In this document: positions 8,157-15,631 of the stretch, piece after piece | Layout: every line of letters starts with the position of its first letter | Position numbering within the stretch: position 1 is the first letter of the stretch | Origin: Thermoflexales bacterium | Lineage (GTDB): Bacteria; Chloroflexota; Anaerolineae; J036; Brachytrichaceae | NCBI GenBank assembly: GCA_044235195.1 | Contig: JBIIIA010000001.1 | Coordinates: forward strand, 1 to 40,427 | Reading direction: 5' to 3' | DNA: 40,427 nt | Notes under the pieces: generated by a model | What the model was told of the DNA's origin: nothing | What the model saw: the letters and a program-made list of their open reading frames with translations, nothing else | The model's database searches: none | Translations under genes and position numbers: made by a program

Positions 8157-9089
8157 CTACTGCTTCGCTTCCTCGCCCACCTGCGGCGCGGGTGAGGTGG
8201 CGATGCCATCGAGCTTGCGCTTGCGCGCTGCGCGCGAGACGGCGCGGATGATCAGCACGATCGGGGCGATGATCAGCACGAGCACCGGCAGGATGCCGAT
8301 GACGAAATAGATCAGGAAGTCGGCCAGCCCGCGCAGCAGCGTGACGAGCGTGTCGAGCGCGGTCTTGGCGGTGCCGAGCGGACGCCATGCCGGCGCTTCG
8401 ACGGGCTGCGAGGCTGCGTCGGACAACATCTCGACCGAGATGCGCGACAGCGCGGCCGATTCCGAGAGGAACTTCATGCGTCCCTTGATTTGTTCGATCT
8501 GTCCGCGGATCTGGGTGAGCTGATTGAACACGTTGAGCACGTCCTCGGTGCTCTTCGCCTCGTCCATGATCTTCTGCAGGCGCGCCTCGGCGGATTCGAG
8601 GTTCTTGAGCTGCGCGCCGAGGTCGACGAATTCACCGGTGACGTCTTCGCCGCTGCTGGATTCGGCGCGCACCTCGACGGCGAGCTGGCGCAGATCGGTG
8701 AGTGCGGCGTCGAGTTTTTCACTCTTGACGCGCAGCGTGACGTTGCCGCGGATTTCGCCGTCGTAGCGGCTGACGGCCGAAGAGACGACGAAGCCGTCGT
8801 GCTTGGCGGCGACGGCGGCGGCGGCCTCCATTCGGGCGGGCACGTCGTCGACGACCAGCGTCATGTCGGCGTTGCGTACGATGAGGCGTTCGGTGACGGC
8901 GGCGGAATCGGACGCGGCGACGTTGCCGGCCGGCGCGGAGCGCTCCATCATCGGGGCTTCGGCTGCGGGTGCGAAGTCTGGCGACGCCGCCGGCTGCGGC
9001 GCGGCAGCGCCGCAAGCGGTAAGGGAGCCGCACACGATCAGCGTGGCCAGCAGGCCACTCCAGGCGGATTTGCGCGCATCGGTTGTCAT
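8157..9089 (-). CDS. DUF4349-like lipoprotein
   Basis: Start moved from the GTG at 9095 to ATG 9089, which has GGAGG 5 nt upstream. Lipobox LTAC. Then the DUF4349-type pattern (RNADMTLVVDDV..., coiled-coil LKNLESAEARLQKIM, C-terminal TM helices). Confidence 0.7.
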   Translation of the reverse strand: MTTDARKSAWSGLLATLIVCGSLTACGAAAPQPAASPDFAPAAEAPMMERSAPAGNVAASDSAAVTERLIVRNADMTLVVDDVPARMEAAAAVAAKHDGFVVSSAVSRYDGEIRGNVTLRVKSEKLDAALTDLRQLAVEVRAESSSGEDVTGEFVDLGAQLKNLESAEARLQKIMDEAKSTEDVLNVFNQLTQIRGQIEQIKGRMKFLSESAALSRISVEMLSDAASQPVEAPAWRPLGTAKTALDTLVTLLRGLADFLIYFVIGILPVLVLIIAPIVLIIRAVSRAARKRKLDGIATSPAPQVGEEAKQ

Positions 9090-9233
9090 GTTCACCTCCG
9101 GAGCTTCAGATGATTTCGGATCGTTTCGCGGCTGCGTGAACCTTCGTGAGCGATGCAGCCGACGCAGAAGATTGTAGGACGCCTTGGCCTGTGCGTCACG
9201 ACGAGCAGCGGACGAGATGCTGACGTCACGAGG

Positions 9234-10223
9234 CTATTGCAGCGTGACGAGCAGGCCGGCGAGCAGGGCGACGAGGGAGGCGGCGAGCCAGGGCGCGTTG
9301 TCGCGCAGGATGTGCGGACGTGAATCGCCTGCAGCGGCCCGCGCTGCTTCGGCGCTGCGCGCGATCGCGAGGTCGGGAGTGCCGGTGAAGAGCTGCGCCC
9401 GGAACTCGGCGACGTTGACCGGTCGATCGTCGGGGTGCATGGCCATGGCGTCGAGGATGGCCTGTTCGACGGTCGGCGTGAGCGTCGGGTTGATGGCGGT
9501 CGGACGTTTCAGCGCGTCTGGGCGCAGAAACCGCTGCTTGGCTTCCGGCGGCGTGGTGTTCGTGAGCAGGTGGTACAGCGTGGCGCCGAGCGCGTAGAGA
9601 TCGGAACGGCCATCGGTGTGTGCATCGTCCTCACCGTACTGCTCCAGCGGCGTGTAGGCGGCGGTGCCGCGGCCCTGCAGAATCGTCACCGTCTGCGATC
9701 CATCGTCGGAGAGGAGTTTGACGAGGCCGAAGTCGACGAGTTTGATCAGCCCGCTGGGAGCGAGCTTGATGTTGCTGGGCTTGATGTCGCGATGCAGCAC
9801 CGGGTGTTGCTGCGAGTGCATGTATTCGAGCGCGTCGCACAGCTGGCGCGCCCAGCCGAGCACTTCGAACTCCGAGAGAAAGCGGCCGGTGCGGCGCGCC
9901 TCGTCCATGATCTCCTTCAGGTTTTGGCCGGAGACGTAATCCATGACGAGGAAGTCCCAGCCGTCCTCGGAAAAGTAGTCGGAGACCTTGGGCAGGTTCG
10001 GATGATCGAGGCGGGCGAGGATGGCTGCTTCGCGACTGAACTGACGCTGCAGCTCGGCGATGACGTCGGCCTGCATGGCGGCGTCGAAGCGCACGGCTTT
10101 GATCGCGCATTTGCGTCCTTCGAGGCGCATGTCTTCGGCGAGGTAGACCGACCCCATCCCGCCGTGGCCGATCGGCGCCTCGACGCGATAGCGACTGCGC
10201 AATACTGCGCCCTTCGAAAACAT
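9234..10223 (-). CDS. Hanks-type Ser/Thr protein kinase, C-terminal tail anchor, no extracellular domain
   Basis: GHGGMGSVY glycine loop, AIK lysine, HRDIKPSNI catalytic loop, DFG. C-terminal TM WLAASLVALLAGLLVTL. Start set to ATG 10223 (MFSKGAV...) because TACAAT lies exactly 7 nt upstream. ATG 10247 is the alternative. Confidence 0.88.
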   Translation of the reverse strand: MFSKGAVLRSRYRVEAPIGHGGMGSVYLAEDMRLEGRKCAIKAVRFDAAMQADVIAELQRQFSREAAILARLDHPNLPKVSDYFSEDGWDFLVMDYVSGQNLKEIMDEARRTGRFLSEFEVLGWARQLCDALEYMHSQQHPVLHRDIKPSNIKLAPSGLIKLVDFGLVKLLSDDGSQTVTILQGRGTAAYTPLEQYGEDDAHTDGRSDLYALGATLYHLLTNTTPPEAKQRFLRPDALKRPTAINPTLTPTVEQAILDAMAMHPDDRPVNVAEFRAQLFTGTPDLAIARSAEAARAAAGDSRPHILRDNAPWLAASLVALLAGLLVTLQ

Positions 10224-10230
10224 GCAGGAA

Positions 10231-10236
10231 ATTGTA
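10231..10236 (-). promoter_or_regulatory. -10-like hexamer TACAAT, 7 nt upstream of kinase ATG 10223
   Basis: Reverse strand reads TACAAT-ttcctgc-ATG. Confidence 0.45.
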
Positions 10237-10258
10237 GCGGTGCGCATACCCCTCTAGT

Positions 10259-10264
10259 TACAAT
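10259..10264 (+). promoter_or_regulatory. -10-like hexamer TACAAT, 7 nt upstream of FHA-regulator ATG 10272
   Basis: Forward strand reads TACAAT-gcagctg-ATG. It is a mirror arrangement to the kinase promoter 23 nt away. Confidence 0.45.
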
Positions 10265-10271
10265 GCAGCTG

Positions 10272-10937
10272 ATGCAGGACTCTCCGATGCTCATCATCGA
10301 AAACGGCCAACTGGCGGGACAGCGTTGGCTGATGGACTCCGACGTCGTCGTCATCGGGCGTGAGGTCGGGCTGGCCGATCTCTTGCTGCCGGAGCGGCAG
10401 GTGAGCCGGCGCCATGCGAAGATCGAGCGCACGCCCGAAGGATTTATTTTGTCGGATCTGGACAGCAAGAACGGCACGTTTCTAAATGGGCGTGAGGTGA
10501 AGGAGCCGCAGCGGCTGCAGGACGGCGATGAAATTCAGATCGCATTGTGCGTGAAAATTGCGTTCGTCGGCAGCGATGCTACTGCTCCGCTGAGCGCCCG
10601 CCCGATCAGCCGGGCGATGCGGCCGGTGGTGCGCGGTGTGCGCATCGACAAAGAGGGTCGGCGGGTGTATTTGGCGGAGCAGGAGCTGGATCCGCCGTTG
10701 AGCCTGCAGCAGTATCGCCTGCTCGAGCTGTTGATCGAAGCGAAGAACGCGCTGGTATCGCGCCACGACATCGTCGAGAAGGTGTGGGAAGGTGAAAATT
10801 CCTTCGGCGTGAGTGAACAGGCGATCGATGCGCTGGTGCGTCGCCTGCGCGATCGCCTGGCGGAGCGCGACCCCGATCACGAGTACATCGTGACGGTGCG
10901 CGGCCACGGTTTGCGTTTCAACAATCGGTTCAATTAA
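10272..10937 (+). CDS. FHA domain fused to OmpR/PhoB-type winged-helix DNA-binding domain (no receiver domain)
   Basis: ORF 9435..10937 trimmed; the upstream part is antisense to the kinase. FHA signature VVIGRE...RQVSRRHAKIE...LSDLDSKNGTFLNGREV. C-terminal Trans_reg_C-like LSLQQYRLLELLIEAKNALVSRHDIVEKVW...IDALVRRLRDRL...IVTVRGHGLRF. Alternative ATGs at 10263 and 10287. Confidence 0.85.
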   Translation: MQDSPMLIIENGQLAGQRWLMDSDVVVIGREVGLADLLLPERQVSRRHAKIERTPEGFILSDLDSKNGTFLNGREVKEPQRLQDGDEIQIALCVKIAFVGSDATAPLSARPISRAMRPVVRGVRIDKEGRRVYLAEQELDPPLSLQQYRLLELLIEAKNALVSRHDIVEKVWEGENSFGVSEQAIDALVRRLRDRLAERDPDHEYIVTVRGHGLRFNNRFN

Positions 10938-10939
10938 TT

Positions 10940-11866
10940 GTGTGGCGTCGACTGGCTGCGGCGATTCCGGCGCTCGCGCTGATTCATCTGCTCGGCTTCG
11001 CGTACGCTCTGTCGGCGATGCGAGTGCACGAGCAGCGCAGTCCGTTCGGGTCCCCGGGTGAAGGATCACTTATTGCCGAAGTGCGCGCGCACATCGACGA
11101 CGTGCTGCGCGGCGATTTCGGGGATCTTCCGCGCAGCCAGGGCGCGGTGTCGGACGTCACTGTTGCGGCGCTCGGTCGCAGCATGCTGGTGCTCGGCCCG
11201 GCGTTCGCGGTGAGTGCTTTCGTCGGACTTTATCTGGGTGCTGCGGCTGCTCGGCAGAATCCGACGCGCCTCGCCGGATGGCTTTTTCCCGTGGCCGTGC
11301 TGCTGCAGTCGCTGCCTTCTTTTTACATCGGCGCGTTGCTGACGGCTGGGCTGCTTGCGCTGGAATGGGCTGATGTTTCCGTGCAAGGGAACTGGATCTG
11401 GCCGGTGCTGGTGCTGGCGGCGCGGCCGACGGTGCAGGTGGCCCAGTTCGTCGCCAGCCTGATCATGGCGGAATCCGACAAGCAATACGTCGTCACCGCG
11501 CGGGGCGTCGGTCATTCCTTCGGCAGTGCGCGACGGGTGCACGTATTTCCGAATATTGCCGCGTCGGTCGTCGGCTGCCTGGCTGCGGCGTTTCGGCTGT
11601 CGGTCGCAGAACTCGTCGTGGTCGAATGGCTTTTCGACTGGCCCGGCATCGGACGACTGATGGGGATGGCGCTGATCGTGCCGCGCCGCACCGATGCTCT
11701 GGCGCCTTTCTTTTTACATCCTGAACTGACCGCGCTCGTGTTCACCGCGCTGGCTTTTCTTTTCATCGTCGCCGACGTCGTCGCGCGTGCGTCGACGAAG
11801 GTCGTCGATCCGCGGCTGCGCACGCCGCTCGAATCGGCTGCGAAGAACGGGAGGCTCTCGACGTGA
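10940..11866 (+). CDS. ABC transporter permease, DppB/OppB-like
   Basis: 308-aa ORF with a GTG start 2 nt after the regulator stop. Multi-TM. GDFGDLPRS segment and the EAA-like loop ESDKQYVVTARGVGHSFGSARRVHVFPN. Confidence 0.8.
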   Translation: MWRRLAAAIPALALIHLLGFAYALSAMRVHEQRSPFGSPGEGSLIAEVRAHIDDVLRGDFGDLPRSQGAVSDVTVAALGRSMLVLGPAFAVSAFVGLYLGAAAARQNPTRLAGWLFPVAVLLQSLPSFYIGALLTAGLLALEWADVSVQGNWIWPVLVLAARPTVQVAQFVASLIMAESDKQYVVTARGVGHSFGSARRVHVFPNIAASVVGCLAAAFRLSVAELVVVEWLFDWPGIGRLMGMALIVPRRTDALAPFFLHPELTALVFTALAFLFIVADVVARASTKVVDPRLRTPLESAAKNGRLST

Positions 11867-14055
11867 AGATGCGCAATGCTGCGCTGGTGAGCGGCGCTAT
11901 TCTGACGTCGGTGTGGTGTGCGGTAGCGTTGTTCGGTGCAGACCTCGCGCCGCGCAGCCCGACCGATTTCAACTACATCGCGGTCGTCGGCGATCGGTTC
12001 ATCGCACCGCCGTTTCCTGCCTTCGTCACGGCGGAATTCCCGCTCGGCTCGGATTCATTCGGGCGCGACACGCTGAGCCGCTTGCTGTGGGCGGTGCGGC
12101 CGACGCTGCTGCTGGCGTTCAGCATCGGCGCACTGCGCGTCGTCATCGGCGCGCTGCTCGGAGTGGCGGCGGGCTGGTTCGACGGCCGCATCGGGCGCGC
12201 GCTCGATGCGGCGGCGAGTGGCGCAGTGTCGCTGCCGGTGCTGCTCGTTGCACTGCTGGTCATCGCCGGCCTGCCAGTGCAGCTCGGCGCCGCAGCATTC
12301 TTCCTCGGCCTGACGATCACGGGCTGGGCGGAAACGGCGCAGTTCAGCGCCGACCAGACGCGCATCGTCCGGCGTGAAAAATTCATCGAGGCGGCGCGCG
12401 CGCTCGGGGCATCCGAGATGCGGATCGCACGGCGGCATGTGTGGCGGCAGCTGGCTCCGATGCTGCGGCTGATCTTCATCGTGGAAACGAGCGGCGTGCT
12501 CATGGCGATTGCAGCGCTGGGCTTTCTCGGCTATTTCGTCGGCGGGGCGAACTGGATCATGATCACCGATTTCGAAGCCCAGCGCATGGCCGGTGCGCCG
12601 GAGCTGGCGGAGATGTTGTCCAGCGCTGTGCGGTCGCGCGACGCTGCGCAGATCGGCATCGTCGGGGGGACGACGGGGCTGATCGTGCTCGGGCTGCGGC
12701 TGTTGGGAGAAGGGCTGCAGCAGCGGCTGACATCGGAGAAAAGCCGGCGCAGCGCAGTGGCGCGCACGGTGACCGATTTCGTGCAGTCCCAGCAGGATCG
12801 CCTGTCGGAGTCACTGTCACAGCGACGCATTCGCATACGTGTGGCCATCGGAATCGGTGTGACGTCGATCGCGCTGGCGATTGGGCTGGCGGCGCGAACG
12901 ATGCTGGATGAGCCCGTGCCGCCGCCGCTGGCGGTGACAGGGGGGCATGTCTGGGCCAGCGCGCGTCGTGATGCGGCGGGCAGCCGACGCGCGGCCGGGG
13001 ATCTGGCGGCGGGAGAGATGCGCATCGCGTGGGAGCGCACGCCGGGCGGCCGGCTGGGAGGCGTGGCCGTGGGACGGGACGGAACGATGTACGTGACCGA
13101 CCTCGATGGAAAGCTGCATGCACTCGATGCCGAGGGCCGCCTGCGATGGAGCGCGGCGCTGGACGAGTCGCCGGTCGGTGCGCCGGGATTGAACGCTCGT
13201 GGGGAGATTGCGGTGGCCGACGTCGCCGGCGCAGTGACGGTGTTCGACGGATCGGGCGTGCAGCTGCGGCGCACGACGATCGACGCCGGCCGGCGTGCCA
13301 TTTCCGGACCGGTGTACGACGATGACGGCAACAGCTATGCGGCGTTGGAGGGCATGCTCGGCTCGATCGATGCGCAGGGTGGTGTGCGCTGGCGTGCACA
13401 GTTGCCGTACGCGTATTTTCAGCCTGCGCTGCGCGTCAGCGACGGATTCATCTTTTTCAAGGACATGGCGTTTTCTGCGCGCAGCGGTGCGGTGTTGCTG
13501 AAGGAGTCGCGCGACGACCTCGATCAATTCGTCACGGGTGTGGACGGCGGCGTGTATTTGCTGTCGCAGTCGGCGCTGCTGGCGTGGCGGCGTGACGGTG
13601 AAAATGTGTCGCTTGCGCGCGTGGCGCAGCTGGATTGGGCGAAGGAATTTCCGGGTCGGATCGCCATGGATGCCGTGGTGTGGTTCGACGGCGGTATTTG
13701 GCTGCAAGTCCCCGGAGGCATGAACAGCACGCGCATCATCTGGCTCGATGGCGCTGGAGGGCTGTCGGGCGACGTCGCGCTGCCGTATGCGAACGCGAGC
13801 GTGATTGCCGTCGACGAACGTGGTGTGCAGGCGATCTGCGGTGAAGTCGATCGCGTGCGCGTGCGCTGCGACGGTCTGCCCCCGCGTGCCACTGCGCCGA
13901 TGTGGTCGGTGGAATTCGCAGTCGAACCGATTGCCGGCGATCGATATGGCGATGCGATGGTGGCCGGCGGCGCGCTCGTCGGCGATCGGCTGATCGTCGC
14001 CACGCGCACGGGGAAGATCGTGGCGATCGAACGTGAGCGGCGCGGGGAGCCGTGA
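11863..14055 (+). CDS. ABC transporter permease (DppC/OppC-like) fused to an extracytoplasmic PQQ-like beta-propeller domain
   Basis: 730-aa ORF with a 4-nt overlap to the upstream permease. N-terminal half has PLGSDSFGRDTLSRLLW and EKFIEAARALGASEMRIARRHVWRQL permease motifs. An extra TM (VAIGIGVTSIALAIGLAA) follows. Then about 380 aa of repeats such as GTMYVTDLDGKLHALDAEGRLRWSA, GEIAVADVAGAVTVFDGSG and DRLIVATRTGKIVAIE. Confidence 0.8.
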   Translation: MKMRNAALVSGAILTSVWCAVALFGADLAPRSPTDFNYIAVVGDRFIAPPFPAFVTAEFPLGSDSFGRDTLSRLLWAVRPTLLLAFSIGALRVVIGALLGVAAGWFDGRIGRALDAAASGAVSLPVLLVALLVIAGLPVQLGAAAFFLGLTITGWAETAQFSADQTRIVRREKFIEAARALGASEMRIARRHVWRQLAPMLRLIFIVETSGVLMAIAALGFLGYFVGGANWIMITDFEAQRMAGAPELAEMLSSAVRSRDAAQIGIVGGTTGLIVLGLRLLGEGLQQRLTSEKSRRSAVARTVTDFVQSQQDRLSESLSQRRIRIRVAIGIGVTSIALAIGLAARTMLDEPVPPPLAVTGGHVWASARRDAAGSRRAAGDLAAGEMRIAWERTPGGRLGGVAVGRDGTMYVTDLDGKLHALDAEGRLRWSAALDESPVGAPGLNARGEIAVADVAGAVTVFDGSGVQLRRTTIDAGRRAISGPVYDDDGNSYAALEGMLGSIDAQGGVRWRAQLPYAYFQPALRVSDGFIFFKDMAFSARSGAVLLKESRDDLDQFVTGVDGGVYLLSQSALLAWRRDGENVSLARVAQLDWAKEFPGRIAMDAVVWFDGGIWLQVPGGMNSTRIIWLDGAGGLSGDVALPYANASVIAVDERGVQAICGEVDRVRVRCDGLPPRATAPMWSVEFAVEPIAGDRYGDAMVAGGALVGDRLIVATRTGKIVAIERERRGEP

Positions 14056-14076
14056 TCGCAAGCGTCGGCGATCACG
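14051..14076. terminator. 9-bp perfect hairpin between convergent genes
   Basis: cgtgatcgc-aagcgtcg-gcgatcacg. It overlaps the TGA of the permease fusion. No U-tract. Confidence 0.35.
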
Positions 14077-14090
14077 GCCGATGCGTCGAA

Positions 14091-15596
14091 TTACGGCCGG
14101 CGCACGATGTACACCGGGTCGATGCCGATGTTCCAGTATGTGCTGCCACCGGCCTGATACGCGGGGGACAGTGCGTTGCCGTCGATGTCGTAGGCGGCGA
14201 TGAGCTTCGCCGTGGGGGCGTTGATCGTGTAAATATCATCCGTCCTCGCCCATACGATGTGCACCTGCTCATTACTGGAGCGGCGCAGCGCGAAAGCTTC
14301 AACTGCATCCGGATAGCCGGACGCCGTCGACAGATAAGTGGTGTTGCGGGTGAGGTTCGAGAAAGTGCGGAGCGCAGAATATGCGGGTCGCGGGTTGCCC
14401 ATCCAGTCGTACAGGCCTCCCTGACGCCAGCCGCCATTGTCGATCACGTACCATACGAAACTTTCGACATCGGCGTTCATCGCACGCAGTGGAGCCTTGA
14501 CGGCATAGTGCGCCTGTGCGATGAAGAATGCTTCCTCTGTCGGCTTGCAGTAGGGAGGCGGATTCTCCGTGTCATTCACGCACATCAGCGCCGATTCGTT
14601 GAGGTGCAGTGGTTTGGTCAGGCCGTACTCGGCGAGGATGCCACGTAGAAAATTGGCTTTGCCGACGATGCCGCCCTTATTAGGGTCAGTGTTCGCCACA
14701 GTGGCGTCGAAGCCGATCAACGAGTGGTCAATGGAAACTTTTCCTTGGTAGGGTGGGTAGAAATGGTACGGCACTGCATCGAAGTACAGACCGGCGCCGG
14801 CTTCGAGGATGCCTTTGAAAAACAGCTCCGGTCGTCCGTACCCCGGGCGGGTTTCATTTTCACGATCGAGCAGCAAGCCGCCGATCCATACTTGTGCATG
14901 CCGATCCGCAGCCCGTATACGAGGTGTGACGACTTTCAACATTTCGCCATAGTGTTCGCCACCATAGAACGGATCTGCGATGTTTCCCCAGCATCCGTAG
15001 ACCATGTCCTTCTTGTCGCCGAACCAATAAGGATCGACGTCCGGCTCATTGCCGAGCTCCCAGATCTTCACGTTGTATGGTGCGGCGCTGTATCGGTTGA
15101 CGAGCGCGACCACATACTCGGCGAATGCCTCGAATTTGTCCGCGCGGATCGCTGTGCAGCTATTCGTCGGATCGATGCTGGCCCATCTGGGATGGTCGTC
15201 GACGACCAGAATGGGGTGAATTCCGGCGGCATTCAGTGCGATCAATTCCTGCTCGAGCGTAAAGGCCGGAGTCCAGTCGATCGGATCGCCTTCCTTTGGT
15301 TGCATGGCGCGCCACGAGATGCGTCCGTTCAGACGCATGCGATCGACGCCGAGATCGAGCGTGCGGGTGAGCATTCGTGTTCCCGGTGTGATGGGGGCGT
15401 TGGCTTCGGCGCTGATGTATGGTCGCCATGGATATCCCGATGTCACGATGGGAACGTATGTGGACTGTGTTGCCTCCGTCCGTGCGGCATCCTGCGGCGC
15501 CACGCCTTGGCTGATGCTCGTGCGAGGTGCTGCGAACAGCACGAGCACGGCGACCAGCGCCGCGAACAGGGAATTCGTCCGATGGGCGTAATTCAA
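14091..15596 (-). CDS. secreted glycoside hydrolase, clan GH-A TIM-barrel (GH5/GH39-like)
   Basis: ORF 14091..15755 trimmed to TTG 15596, which has GAGGA 6 nt upstream and yields a signal peptide (NYAHRTNSLFAALVAVLVLFAAP). Catalytic-acid-type motif IWELGNEPD. Visibly lower GC than its neighbours. Confidence 0.7.
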   Translation of the reverse strand: MNYAHRTNSLFAALVAVLVLFAAPRTSISQGVAPQDAARTEATQSTYVPIVTSGYPWRPYISAEANAPITPGTRMLTRTLDLGVDRMRLNGRISWRAMQPKEGDPIDWTPAFTLEQELIALNAAGIHPILVVDDHPRWASIDPTNSCTAIRADKFEAFAEYVVALVNRYSAAPYNVKIWELGNEPDVDPYWFGDKKDMVYGCWGNIADPFYGGEHYGEMLKVVTPRIRAADRHAQVWIGGLLLDRENETRPGYGRPELFFKGILEAGAGLYFDAVPYHFYPPYQGKVSIDHSLIGFDATVANTDPNKGGIVGKANFLRGILAEYGLTKPLHLNESALMCVNDTENPPPYCKPTEEAFFIAQAHYAVKAPLRAMNADVESFVWYVIDNGGWRQGGLYDWMGNPRPAYSALRTFSNLTRNTTYLSTASGYPDAVEAFALRRSSNEQVHIVWARTDDIYTINAPTAKLIAAYDIDGNALSPAYQAGGSTYWNIGIDPVYIVRRP

Positions 15597-15631
15597 TTCG
15601 ATTCCTCGCTTCGGCGGCGTCTTGCAGCCAG

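Noticed and set aside
6522-8195. 557-aa plus-strand ORF
   Set aside because: It is antisense to ilvA and the glycerate kinase and spans their intergenic gap. It is a shadow ORF.
10224-10271. Upstream start codons ATG 10247 (kinase) and ATG 10263 (regulator)
   Set aside because: Using them leaves only 15 nt between the divergent starts and places each ATG inside or next to the other gene's -10 box. The downstream ATGs fit the recurrent -10-N7-ATG geometry. The upstream starts remain possible.
12817-14061. 414-aa and neighbouring minus-strand ORFs (12531..13331, 12563..13399)
   Set aside because: They are antisense or out of frame to the permease-propeller gene. They are extremely Arg/Pro/Ala-rich.
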